Shown here one piece after another: positions 27,861-36,366 of a stretch of DNA of 43,705 bases; position 1 is the first letter of the stretch; the number at the start of each line of letters is the position of its first letter. The translations under genes and the position numbers were made by a program. Source of the DNA: Candidatus Limnocylindria bacterium (GTDB lineage: Bacteria > Chloroflexota > Limnocylindria > P2-11E); the NCBI GenBank assembly GCA_038200085.1, contig JBBPYG010000104.1:1-43705 (forward strand), read 5' to 3'. A model generated the notes under the pieces. It did not search any database. It was not told the origin of the DNA and was given only the letters and a program-made list of their open reading frames with translations.

Positions 27861-29205
27861 GGTCCTCATCGCGAACCGCGGCGAGATCGCCCTGCGCGTC
27901 GTGCGCGCGTGCCGCGAGCTGGGCATCCAGACGGTCGTCGTGTACAGCGAGGCCGACGCGCACAGCCTTCCGGTGCATCTGGCGGACGAGGCGATCTGCA
28001 TCGGCCCCGCGAACAGCCGCGACTCCTACCTCAACATCCCCGCGGTCATATCCGCCGCCCTCATATCGGGCGCGCAGGCGATCCACCCCGGCTACGGCTT
28101 CCTGTCCGAGAACGCCGACTTCTCGGAGGTGTGCAAGGAGCACGGCCTCGTGTTCATCGGACCCCCGCCCGAGGTCCTCGCGCGGTTCCACGACAAGGCC
28201 GCGACGCGTGCCGCGATGAAGCGGAGCGGCATGCCGGTGATCCCCGGATCCGAGGGCCCCGTCCGCAGCGCCTCCGAGGCGCTGCGCATCGCCGAGGCCA
28301 TCGGCTACCCCGTCATGCTGAAGGCGCGGGCCGGCGGCGGCGGCCGGGGGATGCGCAAGGCGGAGTCCGCGCGCGACGTCCAGCGCATGTGGGACCAGGC
28401 CCGCAGCGAGGCGAAGGCCAGCTTCGGCGACGACGGCATATACCTCGAGCGCTGCCTCGAGGGCGTGCGCCACGTCGAGGCCCAGGTCCTCGTGGACGAC
28501 CGGGGCAGCGGCATCTGCCTCGGCGAGCGCGAGTGCTCGATCCAGCGGCGCAACCAGAAGATGCTCGAGGAGGCACCGTCGGCCTCGATCAGCGAAGAAC
28601 TACGGCTCGCGATCCAGCGCGCCGCCGTCGATGCGGCCGTGCGATTCGGCTATCGCAACGTCGGTACGTTCGAGTTCCTCGTGGACTCCGCCGGCGACTT
28701 CTACTTCATCGAGGTGAACGCCCGCATCCAGGTGGAGCACACCGTGACCGAAATGGTCACCGGGGTCGACCTCGTGAAGGAGCAGATCGCGCTCGCGAGC
28801 GGTGAGCCGCTGTCGTTGTCAGAGGAACAGATCTGGGTGAAGGGCCACGCCGTCGAGTGCCGCATCAACGCCGAGGACTCGACCGCCGACTTCGCGCCTT
28901 CATCCGGCGTGCTCACCACCTTCCTTCCGCCGGGCGGGCCCGGGATACGCATCGACTCGCATTGCTTCCAGGGCTACGAGGTCCCGCCGTACTACGACTC
29001 GCTGCTCGGGAAGGTCGTCGCCTGGGGCCGCGACCGCTCCGAGTCCATCGCGCGGATGCAGCGGGCGCTCGACGAATTCACCATCGTCGGCGTGACGACG
29101 AACATCGACGCGCACAAGAAGATCCTCGCGAGCGAGCTGTTCCGCAGCGGGCGGGTGACGACCCACCTCATCGATACCGTGGGCATCGAGGCGCTCGCTG
29201 GCTGA
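27847..29205 (+). CDS. accC: Biotin carboxylase, probably starting at CTG
   Basis: FDKVLIANRGEIA lies upstream of the first canonical start (27901); HPGYGFLSEN, GGGGRGM, ERECSIQRR, EVNARIQVEH, YYDSL. Confidence 0.95.
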   Translation: MSFDKVLIANRGEIALRVVRACRELGIQTVVVYSEADAHSLPVHLADEAICIGPANSRDSYLNIPAVISAALISGAQAIHPGYGFLSENADFSEVCKEHGLVFIGPPPEVLARFHDKAATRAAMKRSGMPVIPGSEGPVRSASEALRIAEAIGYPVMLKARAGGGGRGMRKAESARDVQRMWDQARSEAKASFGDDGIYLERCLEGVRHVEAQVLVDDRGSGICLGERECSIQRRNQKMLEEAPSASISEELRLAIQRAAVDAAVRFGYRNVGTFEFLVDSAGDFYFIEVNARIQVEHTVTEMVTGVDLVKEQIALASGEPLSLSEEQIWVKGHAVECRINAEDSTADFAPSSGVLTTFLPPGGPGIRIDSHCFQGYEVPPYYDSLLGKVVAWGRDRSESIARMQRALDEFTIVGVTTNIDAHKKILASELFRSGRVTTHLIDTVGIEALAG

Positions 29206-29635
29206 GCTCGACCGGGCCGGGATCGAGGCGCTGATCCCGCATCGCGATCCGTTCCTCCTCATCGACAGGATCACCGCTCTCGAGCCGGGCGTGCGAGCCG
29301 TGGCGGAGCACACCTTCACCGGCGAGGAGTGGTACCTGGCGGGGCACTTCCCCGGGAATCCCATCGTGCCGGGGGTGATCCTCACGGAGTCGATGGCGCA
29401 GACGTGCGCGGCCTGCGCGATGGCGCACCCCGACTTCACGGGAGGCCTCGGTCTCTTCGCGGGCATCGACGCGATGCGCTTTCGCCGCATCGTGCGCCCC
29501 GGCGATACGGCGCGCTTCGAGATCGAGATGGAGAAGCTGCGCCGAGCGTTCGGCCGCGCGAAGGTACGGACGCTCGTGGGCGACGAGGTCGCCGCTGAAG
29601 GCTCCATCAGCTTCGTCCTCCAGAAGCCGGCATGA
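29198..29635 (+). CDS. fabZ: 3-hydroxyacyl-ACP dehydratase, probably starting at CTG
   Basis: IPHRDPFLLIDRI lies upstream of the first canonical start (29291); GHFPGNPIVPGVILTESMAQ, FRRIVRPGD. Confidence 0.93.
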   Translation: MAELDRAGIEALIPHRDPFLLIDRITALEPGVRAVAEHTFTGEEWYLAGHFPGNPIVPGVILTESMAQTCAACAMAHPDFTGGLGLFAGIDAMRFRRIVRPGDTARFEIEMEKLRRAFGRAKVRTLVGDEVAAEGSISFVLQKPA

Positions 29636-30564
29636 AGGCCGTCGAGATCGTCGGCGTGCCCATGGATCTCGGCGGGAACCGCCGGGGAGTGGACATGGGC
29701 CCCTCGGCCGTCCGTTACGCGGGCCTCGTTGACCGCCTGGTCGCGCTCGGATTCACCGTCGCCGACCGCGGCAACCTGCGGGTCGCTGATCCGGCGGAGG
29801 GCCTGCGGGTCGCGCAGATGCGGCGCTTCGACGCCGCTCGAGACCACCCTGCCCGGCGCCGCGGAGCGCATTTCGCCGAGGAGATCGTTCGCGTAGCGGG
29901 GGAGCTCGCCAGCGCGGTCGAGGAGATCGAGCGCTCCGGCGCCATCCCTCTCGTGCTTGGCGGCGACCACTCCATCGCGATGGGAACGCTCGCCGGAGTG
30001 TGCCGTGCTGGCAGGCGGCCCGGTGTCGTCTACCTCGACGCGCACGGGGACATCAACACACCGGAGTCGTCGCCTTCGGGCAACGTGCACGGCATGCCGC
30101 TGGCAGTCGCGCTCGGCATCGCCGGTGAGCCCTTCCCGGAAGCGCTGCGCGGCTCGATCGACGGCCGCGCCACTGCCCTCGTCGCCATCCGCGACCTCGA
30201 TCCTGCGGAGCGTCAGCACATCGCTGACACGAACATCACCGCGGTGACCATGGCCGACATCGACCGGGCCGGGATGGCCGCCGCCATGGAGCGAGCGATC
30301 GCGGCGGCGGGGAACGGCGACGGCATCCATCTTTCGCTCGACATGGACGCGCTCGACCCCGATGAGGCCCCGGGCGTGGGAACTCCGGTGAAGGGCGGGC
30401 TCACCTACCGCGAGGCGCAGCTCGCGATGGAGATGCTCGCCGCCAGCGGGGAGCTGCGCTCGATCGAGCTCGCGGAAGTGAACCCGATCCTCGACACAGC
30501 GAATCGCACCGCGATGCTCGGGGTCGAGCTCGTCGCGAGCGCTCTGGGGCAGACGATCCTTTAA
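29632..30564 (+). CDS. rocF: Arginase
   Basis: RRGVDMGPS, GGDHS, DAHGD, SPSGNVHGM, SLDMDALDP..APGVGTP, EVNP. Confidence 0.93.
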   Translation: MKAVEIVGVPMDLGGNRRGVDMGPSAVRYAGLVDRLVALGFTVADRGNLRVADPAEGLRVAQMRRFDAARDHPARRRGAHFAEEIVRVAGELASAVEEIERSGAIPLVLGGDHSIAMGTLAGVCRAGRRPGVVYLDAHGDINTPESSPSGNVHGMPLAVALGIAGEPFPEALRGSIDGRATALVAIRDLDPAERQHIADTNITAVTMADIDRAGMAAAMERAIAAAGNGDGIHLSLDMDALDPDEAPGVGTPVKGGLTYREAQLAMEMLAASGELRSIELAEVNPILDTANRTAMLGVELVASALGQTIL

Positions 30565-30587
30565 CGAACCGCTTCCCGCCGTTCGGA

Positions 30588-30700
30588 GCGCGCTGCCGCG
30601 CGATGCGATCGCCGTCGGGCGATGCGAGCGCCGTCGCGCACTCCATAGCCGTCGCGCGCTCCGAGCGCTGCCGCACGATCCGAGCGCCGTCGCGCGCTCT
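30588..30700. repeat. Degenerate ~19-bp tandem repeat x6 in the rocF-fabF intergenic region
   Basis: Units at 30588, 30607, 30626, 30645 (18 bp), 30663 and 30682; consensus approximately GAGCGCYGYCGCRCGMTCC. Confidence 0.75.
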
Positions 30701-30848
30701 CCGGCATCGCCACGTCTGTCTGACCGGTGCCGCGCTCAAGTCAGGCAGAGCGCCAGCACGCCTCGTCACCGAAGAGCACGTCGGAGGCCGTACGCACTCG
30801 GCCGCGGGCCGTCTAGGCCGACGTGCCCTCGGTACACTCGACCGCACG

Positions 30849-32105
30849 ATGAACAATGGCGAAAGGCGCCGCGTCGTCGTGACGGGCATCGGCATGATCA
30901 CCCCGCTCGGTTCCAGCGTCGAGAAGTCGTGGGCAGGCCTGCTGTCGGGGCGCAGCGGGATCGGACCGATCACTCGGTTCGATGCGAGCGCGCTCGAGAC
31001 CCGGATCGCGGGTGAGGTCCACGACTTCGATCCCCTTGACTACATGGACCGCAAGCAGGCCCGGCGCACCGACCGCTTCGCGCAGTTCGCCGTCGCGACC
31101 GCGGGGCAGGCGCTGCACGACGCCGGTCTTGAGATCACGGCCGACCTCGCGCCGCGCATCGGCGTCGCATTCGGCTCGGGCATCGGCGGCGTCGAGACGC
31201 TCGTTGACAATATCGTCGCTCACGAGCGCGATCCGCGCCGAGTGTCCGCGTTCATGATCCCGATGATGATCGTCGACATGGCCGCGGGCGAGATCGCCAT
31301 GAAGTACGGTGCGAAGGGACCGAACATGGCGCAGGTCTCGGCCTGCGCGTCGAGCGCGCACGCGGTCGGAGAGGCCACCGAGACGATCCGGCGAGGTCAG
31401 GCCGACGTCATGCTGGCCGGCGGATCGGAAGCCGGGGTGATCAAGGTCGCGATCGGCGCGTTCAACTCGATGCACGCGCTCTCCCGGCGGAACGATGCGC
31501 CCGAGCGGGCGTCGCGCCCCTTCGATCGGGAGCGGGACGGGTTCGTCTTCAGCGAGGCCGGCGCCTGCCTGGTTCTCGAGGAGCTCGAGTTCGCGCGTTC
31601 GCGCGGCGCGCGGATCCTCGGCGAGGTCTCGGGATATGGCGCGACCGCCGACGCGCACCACATCACGGCACCCCCGCCCGGGGCGGAGGGAGCGGTGCGC
31701 GCGATGCGCATGGCGCTCGCGGACGCCGACGCCGCGCCCGATGGCATCGGCTACGTCAACGCGCACGGCACGTCGACGCAGGCCAACGATGGCGCGGAGA
31801 CCGCCGCGCTGAAGGCCGTGTTCGGGGATCACGCTCGCACGCTGCCCGTGTCGTCGACGAAATCCATGACCGGCCACACCCTCGGCGCGGCGGGCGCCAT
31901 CGAAGCCGCGGTCTGCGTGCTCGCGATGCGCAGCGGCCGCCTCCCACCCACGATCAACCAGGAGTCGCCTGACCCGGAATGCGACCTCGACTACATCCCG
32001 AACGTCGCGCGCGAGGCGAGCGTGGCGGCGTCGCTTTCGAACTCCATGGGCTTCGGCGGCCACAACGTGGCGCTCGTCCTGCGCCGCTGGGACGACGGGT
32101 CGTGA
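30849..32105 (+). CDS. fabF: 3-oxoacyl-ACP synthase II
   Basis: RRVVVTGIG, SACAS (active Cys), SRPFD, NAHGTST, KSMTGH, SNSMGFGGHN. Confidence 0.96.
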   Translation: MNNGERRRVVVTGIGMITPLGSSVEKSWAGLLSGRSGIGPITRFDASALETRIAGEVHDFDPLDYMDRKQARRTDRFAQFAVATAGQALHDAGLEITADLAPRIGVAFGSGIGGVETLVDNIVAHERDPRRVSAFMIPMMIVDMAAGEIAMKYGAKGPNMAQVSACASSAHAVGEATETIRRGQADVMLAGGSEAGVIKVAIGAFNSMHALSRRNDAPERASRPFDRERDGFVFSEAGACLVLEELEFARSRGARILGEVSGYGATADAHHITAPPPGAEGAVRAMRMALADADAAPDGIGYVNAHGTSTQANDGAETAALKAVFGDHARTLPVSSTKSMTGHTLGAAGAIEAAVCVLAMRSGRLPPTINQESPDPECDLDYIPNVAREASVAASLSNSMGFGGHNVALVLRRWDDGS

Positions 32106-32575
32106 CCGAGGGCGACGTGCTGCCGCTCGTTCGCGAACTGCTCGCGCGCCTCGAAGCGGAGGACGTGCGCGAGCTGTCGGTGTCGCGGAACGGCACGCGG
32201 GTCCGCGTGCGCAAGTCGTCGGCCATGGAGGTCGCGCCCGCTCCGCTCACGAGCGCCGCGCCCGCTTCCGCATCGACGACGGCCGCGCCCGACCCGGAGC
32301 CGCGGCGGCCGATGGTGGTGTCGGCCGCGCCGTCGGCCGACGACCGCGTCGTGAGCGCACCGCTGACCGGTGTTTTCTATCGCTCCGCGTCGCCGCAGGC
32401 GCCGGCCTTCGTCGAGGAGGGCGCCGACATCGTTTCGGGTGATGTCGTCGGGCTCATCGAGGCGATGAAGCTGTTCAACGAGATCCGCTCGACGAAGAGC
32501 GGCCGCGTCCGCCGCATCGTCGCGACGAACGGACAGCTGGTCCGTGCCCACCAGCCGCTGCTGGAGCTTGAGTGA
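32102..32575 (+). CDS. accB: Biotin carboxyl carrier protein (canonical)
   Basis: APLTGVFYRSASP thumb and IEAMKLFNEI biotinylation motif (Lys codon at 32468). Confidence 0.94.
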   Translation: MTEGDVLPLVRELLARLEAEDVRELSVSRNGTRVRVRKSSAMEVAPAPLTSAAPASASTTAAPDPEPRRPMVVSAAPSADDRVVSAPLTGVFYRSASPQAPAFVEEGADIVSGDVVGLIEAMKLFNEIRSTKSGRVRRIVATNGQLVRAHQPLLELE

Positions 32576-32754
32576 GGGACCCGAAGGCAGGCGCGTGCGT
32601 CATCTGCCGGCAGCCGCTCGGTGACACCCCGCGGCGCCTGCGCTACGAGGAACGGCTGTACGCGTTCGATCGGGACGTTTGCAAGCGCATCTTCCAGGAG
32701 AATCCTGATCGCTACCTCGACGCTGCGGGTGAGGTGCTGCCCGAGCCCCGGTGA
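32572..32754 (+). CDS. Small YHS/TRASH-like metal-binding protein
   Basis: GTGA overlap with accB; CVIC..Y..R.YAF...CKRIFQENPDRY resembles YHS. Confidence 0.7.
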   Translation: MRDPKAGACVICRQPLGDTPRRLRYEERLYAFDRDVCKRIFQENPDRYLDAAGEVLPEPR

Positions 32755-32760
32755 CAGTCC

Positions 32761-32812
32761 GGGGGCTTCGCCCCCAGTGCGCCCTAATGGCCGGCGCTGC
32801 GCGCCGGCCATT
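32761..32812. terminator. Twin hairpins between convergent genes, likely terminator
   Basis: GGGGGC-TTC-GCCCCC and the 12-bp stem AATGGCCGGCGC-TGC-GCGCCGGCCATT; no clear U-tract. Confidence 0.55.
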
Positions 32813-32854
32813 GGTCACGGAGCGGCGGACTCAGACGCCAGGCGGTGTGGTGGG

Positions 32855-34141
32855 TCACAGCCCCAGTGCCGACACGATGACGAGCGCGACCGACAGGAGC
32901 GATGCCATCCCGGCGACCCCCCAGCCGACCGCGCCCGAGAACCTCCCGTTCGCCGCGTCACCCATGAGCTCGCGGTCCGACGCGAGGCGCAGGATGAATA
33001 CCAGCACGACCGGCAGCAGCACCCCGTTGACGTTCTGCGAGACGAGGATGATCGGCAGCAGCCGCTGGTCCGGCACGAGCAGCACCACGAGCCCGCCCGC
33101 GATCAGCAGGAACGTGAAGAGGCCCATGAACACCGGTGCGTCGCGGAAGTCGTGACTGATCCCCGACTCCCAGCCGAAGGCCTCGCAGATCGCGTACGAG
33201 GTGGACAGTGGCATCACCGTTGCGGCCAGCATCGACGCGCCGAAGAGGCCGAGCCCGAAGAGCAGCGCCGCCTGCTCGCCCGCGAGCGGCACGAGCGCGC
33301 GCGCGGCATCGCCGGCGGAGCGCACGTCGACGTGGGCCGGGAACAGCACGGCGCCAGCCGCCACGATGATGAAGAAGCCGTTCAGCCCGGTCAGCACCGC
33401 TCCCAGGAGCACGTCGAGCCGGGCGAACTGGTACGCCTCCCGGTCTATTCCCTTGTCGACGATCGACGCCTGTATGTAGAACTGCATGTACGGCGTGATC
33501 GTCGTACCCACGAGCGCCAGCGCCGCGATGAGCGCGGCCTGCTCGGCAGGCAGCGCGGGTACCACGAGGCCGCCGAGGACGCCGCTCCACGACGGATGGA
33601 CGATGAGGGCCGTGATCGGATACGCCACGAAGGCGAGGATCAGCACGAAGAGCGCGCGCTCCACGATCCGGTACGTGAACAGCACCACGAGCGCCCAGAC
33701 CGCCACCGCCGCGAAGGGGACCGACACGAAGCGCGGTATGTGGAGCAGCTCGAGGCTCGCGGCGACGCCGGCGAACTCGGCCACGACGTTGCTCCCGTTC
33801 GCGACCAAGAGCGCGAGCATCGCGACGATCGTCCAGCGCACGCCGAAGCGCTCCCGGATCAGGTCCGACAACCCCTTTCCCGTGACCGCTCCCATGCGCG
33901 CGCACATCTCCTGCACGACGAGCAGGCCCGCCGTGGACAGCAGCAGGAGCCAAAGAAGCGAGAAGCCGTAACTCGCGCCCACCGCGGTGTACGTCGCGAC
34001 GCCGCCCGCATCGTTTCCGGCGAAGCCGGTGATCACGCCGGGACCCATGACCGCGAGGAACGCGAGGAGCGACGCGCGCCGCGGGATCGCTCGCCGCCGC
34101 ATGGTCCGGAGCGAGCGCCGGAGGGAGCGGCGGCCGATCAT
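32855..34141 (-). CDS. NRAMP-related divalent metal (probably Mg2+) transporter
   Basis: MGPG...GNDAGG (not DPGN), QEMCARMG.VTGKGL, GTTITPY; lies next to an MgtE-domain gene. Confidence 0.9.
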   Translation of the reverse strand: MIGRRSLRRSLRTMRRRAIPRRASLLAFLAVMGPGVITGFAGNDAGGVATYTAVGASYGFSLLWLLLLSTAGLLVVQEMCARMGAVTGKGLSDLIRERFGVRWTIVAMLALLVANGSNVVAEFAGVAASLELLHIPRFVSVPFAAVAVWALVVLFTYRIVERALFVLILAFVAYPITALIVHPSWSGVLGGLVVPALPAEQAALIAALALVGTTITPYMQFYIQASIVDKGIDREAYQFARLDVLLGAVLTGLNGFFIIVAAGAVLFPAHVDVRSAGDAARALVPLAGEQAALLFGLGLFGASMLAATVMPLSTSYAICEAFGWESGISHDFRDAPVFMGLFTFLLIAGGLVVLLVPDQRLLPIILVSQNVNGVLLPVVLVFILRLASDRELMGDAANGRFSGAVGWGVAGMASLLSVALVIVSALGL

Positions 34142-34185
34142 CGGGCAATCGACCGAAGCGACCGGACTGCGCGGCGGCCGATCAT
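34138..34185 (-). CDS. Putative 15-aa coupling mini-ORF MIGRRAVRSLRSIAR
   Basis: ATGA overlaps at both ends; arises from a 44-bp duplication whose differences over the RSLRSIAR codons are synonymous. Confidence 0.5.
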   Translation of the reverse strand: MIGRRAVRSLRSIAR

Positions 34186-35435
34186 CGCGCGATGGACCGG
34201 AGCGACCTCTTCTTCCAGCCGCGCGGAAGCATCAGCTCCACGACGTCGTCGACGGTGACGATCCCGAGGAGCCGCCGCGCGGCGTCCACCACGGGCAGCG
34301 CGAGCAGGTCGTACTTCGCGATGAGCGAGGCGACCTCTTCCTTGTCGGTGTCGGCGCGGACGCTCAGCACCTGCGGATCCATGAAGGTCACGAGCGCGGT
34401 GGCCGGTTCCGCCACCACGATGTCGCGCAGCGAGACCACGCCGTCGAGCTGCCCGTTCGCATCGACAACGTACAGGTGGTACGCGAGCTCGGGCTCCGGC
34501 TTGAGCTCCCGCAGGCGCTCGATCGCCTGGGCCGCGGTCAGGTCGCGCGGAAGCGCGATGAAGTCGGTCGTCATCATGCCCCCGGCCGAATCCTCGGGGT
34601 AGGCCAGGAGCTCCTCGACCTCCTCGCCCTCCTCGTCCTGCATCAGCTCGATGAGCTCCTCGCGCCGCTCCTCGGGCAGGTCCTGGAGAAGGTCCGCGGC
34701 CTCGTCTGGCGCCATCTCCTCGAGGATGTCGGCGGCCCGCTCTTCGTCGAGGTCGCCGACGATCGAGACCTGCATCTCGGGCTCGATCTCGCCGAGGGCC
34801 TCCGCGGCGGTCTCGATGTCCAGCTGCTCGAACACGGCGCGCCGCTCGTCCGCGGTCATCTCCTCGACGATGTCGGCGATGTCGGCGGGATGCATCAGCG
34901 CGAGCTTCGCGTGGGGGATCGTGAGCCGGACGCTCGTCTCCGCCGACTCGAGCGGCTCGACGAGGTGCCACGGGATGATGCCGCGCGGCAGCTTCCGCCC
35001 CACGATGCCCGCCGCCCGCTCCGCGACGCCCTCGCCGCCGACCCGCCGCAGGAGCCCGCGCAGTCCGACGTCAGCACCCACGAGCCGCATCTGCCCGCCC
35101 GTTTCCTCGAGCTGGAGGTCGTTGACGCGGACCACCTTCGCGCCGTGCGTGTCGACGATCTGCTTGTCCAGGAGGTCCTTCGCGAGCCGCAGCGCGTCCG
35201 CGGGCGGCGTCGCCGGCGCGAGCTCGTCCCCCGGCACTCGGAGCCGGTACCGGTCGTTCTCCGCGACGAGGTCGGCCCATCCGACCACGCGCTCGCCGCT
35301 CGGCGTCGCGAGGACCGCCCACTGCACGACCGGGAACTGCTCCCGCGGCATGACCGCGACGTCCGCAAGACGCCCGAATTCGCCTCCGTCGGGTCGGAGC
35401 ACGCGGCGATGCTGGATCTCGCTCAGGTAGGGCAC
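34182..35435 (-). CDS. MgtE-type cytosolic-domain protein (PRC-like + MgtE_N + CBS pair) without a membrane domain
   Basis: LDKQIVD..G.KVVRVND, MHPADIADI, MAPDEAADLL, SAGGMMTT, KYDLLALPVVD, GIVTVDD; no TM helices. Confidence 0.9.
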   Translation of the reverse strand: MPYLSEIQHRRVLRPDGGEFGRLADVAVMPREQFPVVQWAVLATPSGERVVGWADLVAENDRYRLRVPGDELAPATPPADALRLAKDLLDKQIVDTHGAKVVRVNDLQLEETGGQMRLVGADVGLRGLLRRVGGEGVAERAAGIVGRKLPRGIIPWHLVEPLESAETSVRLTIPHAKLALMHPADIADIVEEMTADERRAVFEQLDIETAAEALGEIEPEMQVSIVGDLDEERAADILEEMAPDEAADLLQDLPEERREELIELMQDEEGEEVEELLAYPEDSAGGMMTTDFIALPRDLTAAQAIERLRELKPEPELAYHLYVVDANGQLDGVVSLRDIVVAEPATALVTFMDPQVLSVRADTDKEEVASLIAKYDLLALPVVDAARRLLGIVTVDDVVELMLPRGWKKRSLRSIAR

Positions 35436-35514
35436 GGAGCCGGAGACTAATCCATCGGTCCCGCGTACAATCGGTCTCTGGCGCGTCCCCGTCCGCGGTC
35501 CTGGAGGAAGTGCT

Positions 35515-36363
35515 GTGCCCACGACGAGCGAGACCGGACTCCGCATCCGCGCGATGTCAGATCAGGCCGTCGCCGCTGCCCTCGACGCCGAGTGGGAGCG
35601 CGCGGTGGACCTCAACTCGAAGATCCTCGCGGAGCGTCCGGAGGACGTCGAAGCGCGCAATCGCCTTGGCCGCGCCCAACTCGAGCTCGGAAACCTGGAC
35701 GACGCGAAGGCCGCGTACGCCGAAGTCCTTCGCAGCGAGCCGAACAATCCGATCGCGCTGCGCAACAGCAGCCGCATCGCGATCCTCCTCGAGCACAAGA
35801 CGAAGCCGAACACGACGACGTCCAAGACCCAGCCTCGTCTGTTCATCGAGGACATGGGCAAGACGGGGATCCTGCGCCTTATCAACCCCGCTTCGCCGCA
35901 CGTAGTGGCCAAGTACTCGCCGGGCGCGGGAGCGGAGCTTCGCGAACATGAGGGCCTGCTCGCGGTGCACGCGCGCGACGGCGAGCTGCTCGGCTTCCTC
36001 GAGCCGAAGGTCGGCCGCCGGTTGCTCGATCTCATCCGCACGGGCAACCAGTACGTGACCGCGATGATCAGCAACGACCCGCAGAACCCGCGCGTCGCGG
36101 TGCGCGAGACCGGGCAGAGCGCCGAGAACGCGAGCCGCATCTCCTTCCCGGGGCACCACCGGCCCGCCGAGACCAAGGAGCGCGCGTACATCAAGGGCAC
36201 CTTCTTCCGCTCCGGCCGCGACGACGAGGAGGCCATGGAGCCCGAGGACGCCGAGGACGCCGTGCCCACGCCCGCGGACGACACGCTGGGGGAAGAGGGA
36301 GAGGCCACCGAGGAGCCGCTCGCGGCCGAAGACGAAGAGGAGGATGAGACAGACGAGGAGTAG
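35515..36363 (+). CDS. TPR-containing protein with an acidic C-terminal tail
   Basis: RBS GGAGG; TPR-like WERAVDLN..PEDVEARNRLGRA..AY..VL..EPNNPIA; Glu/Asp-rich tail. Confidence 0.85.
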   Translation: MPTTSETGLRIRAMSDQAVAAALDAEWERAVDLNSKILAERPEDVEARNRLGRAQLELGNLDDAKAAYAEVLRSEPNNPIALRNSSRIAILLEHKTKPNTTTSKTQPRLFIEDMGKTGILRLINPASPHVVAKYSPGAGAELREHEGLLAVHARDGELLGFLEPKVGRRLLDLIRTGNQYVTAMISNDPQNPRVAVRETGQSAENASRISFPGHHRPAETKERAYIKGTFFRSGRDDEEAMEPEDAEDAVPTPADDTLGEEGEATEEPLAAEDEEEDETDEE

Positions 36364-36366
36364 CGG

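Noticed and set aside
30603-30848. N-terminal extension of fabF in the ORF track (similarly for surE, thrC, accD, degV and the DUF4236 gene)
   Set aside because: The extensions lack family similarity and overlap neighbours or repeats; downstream starts fit the motifs and coupling better.
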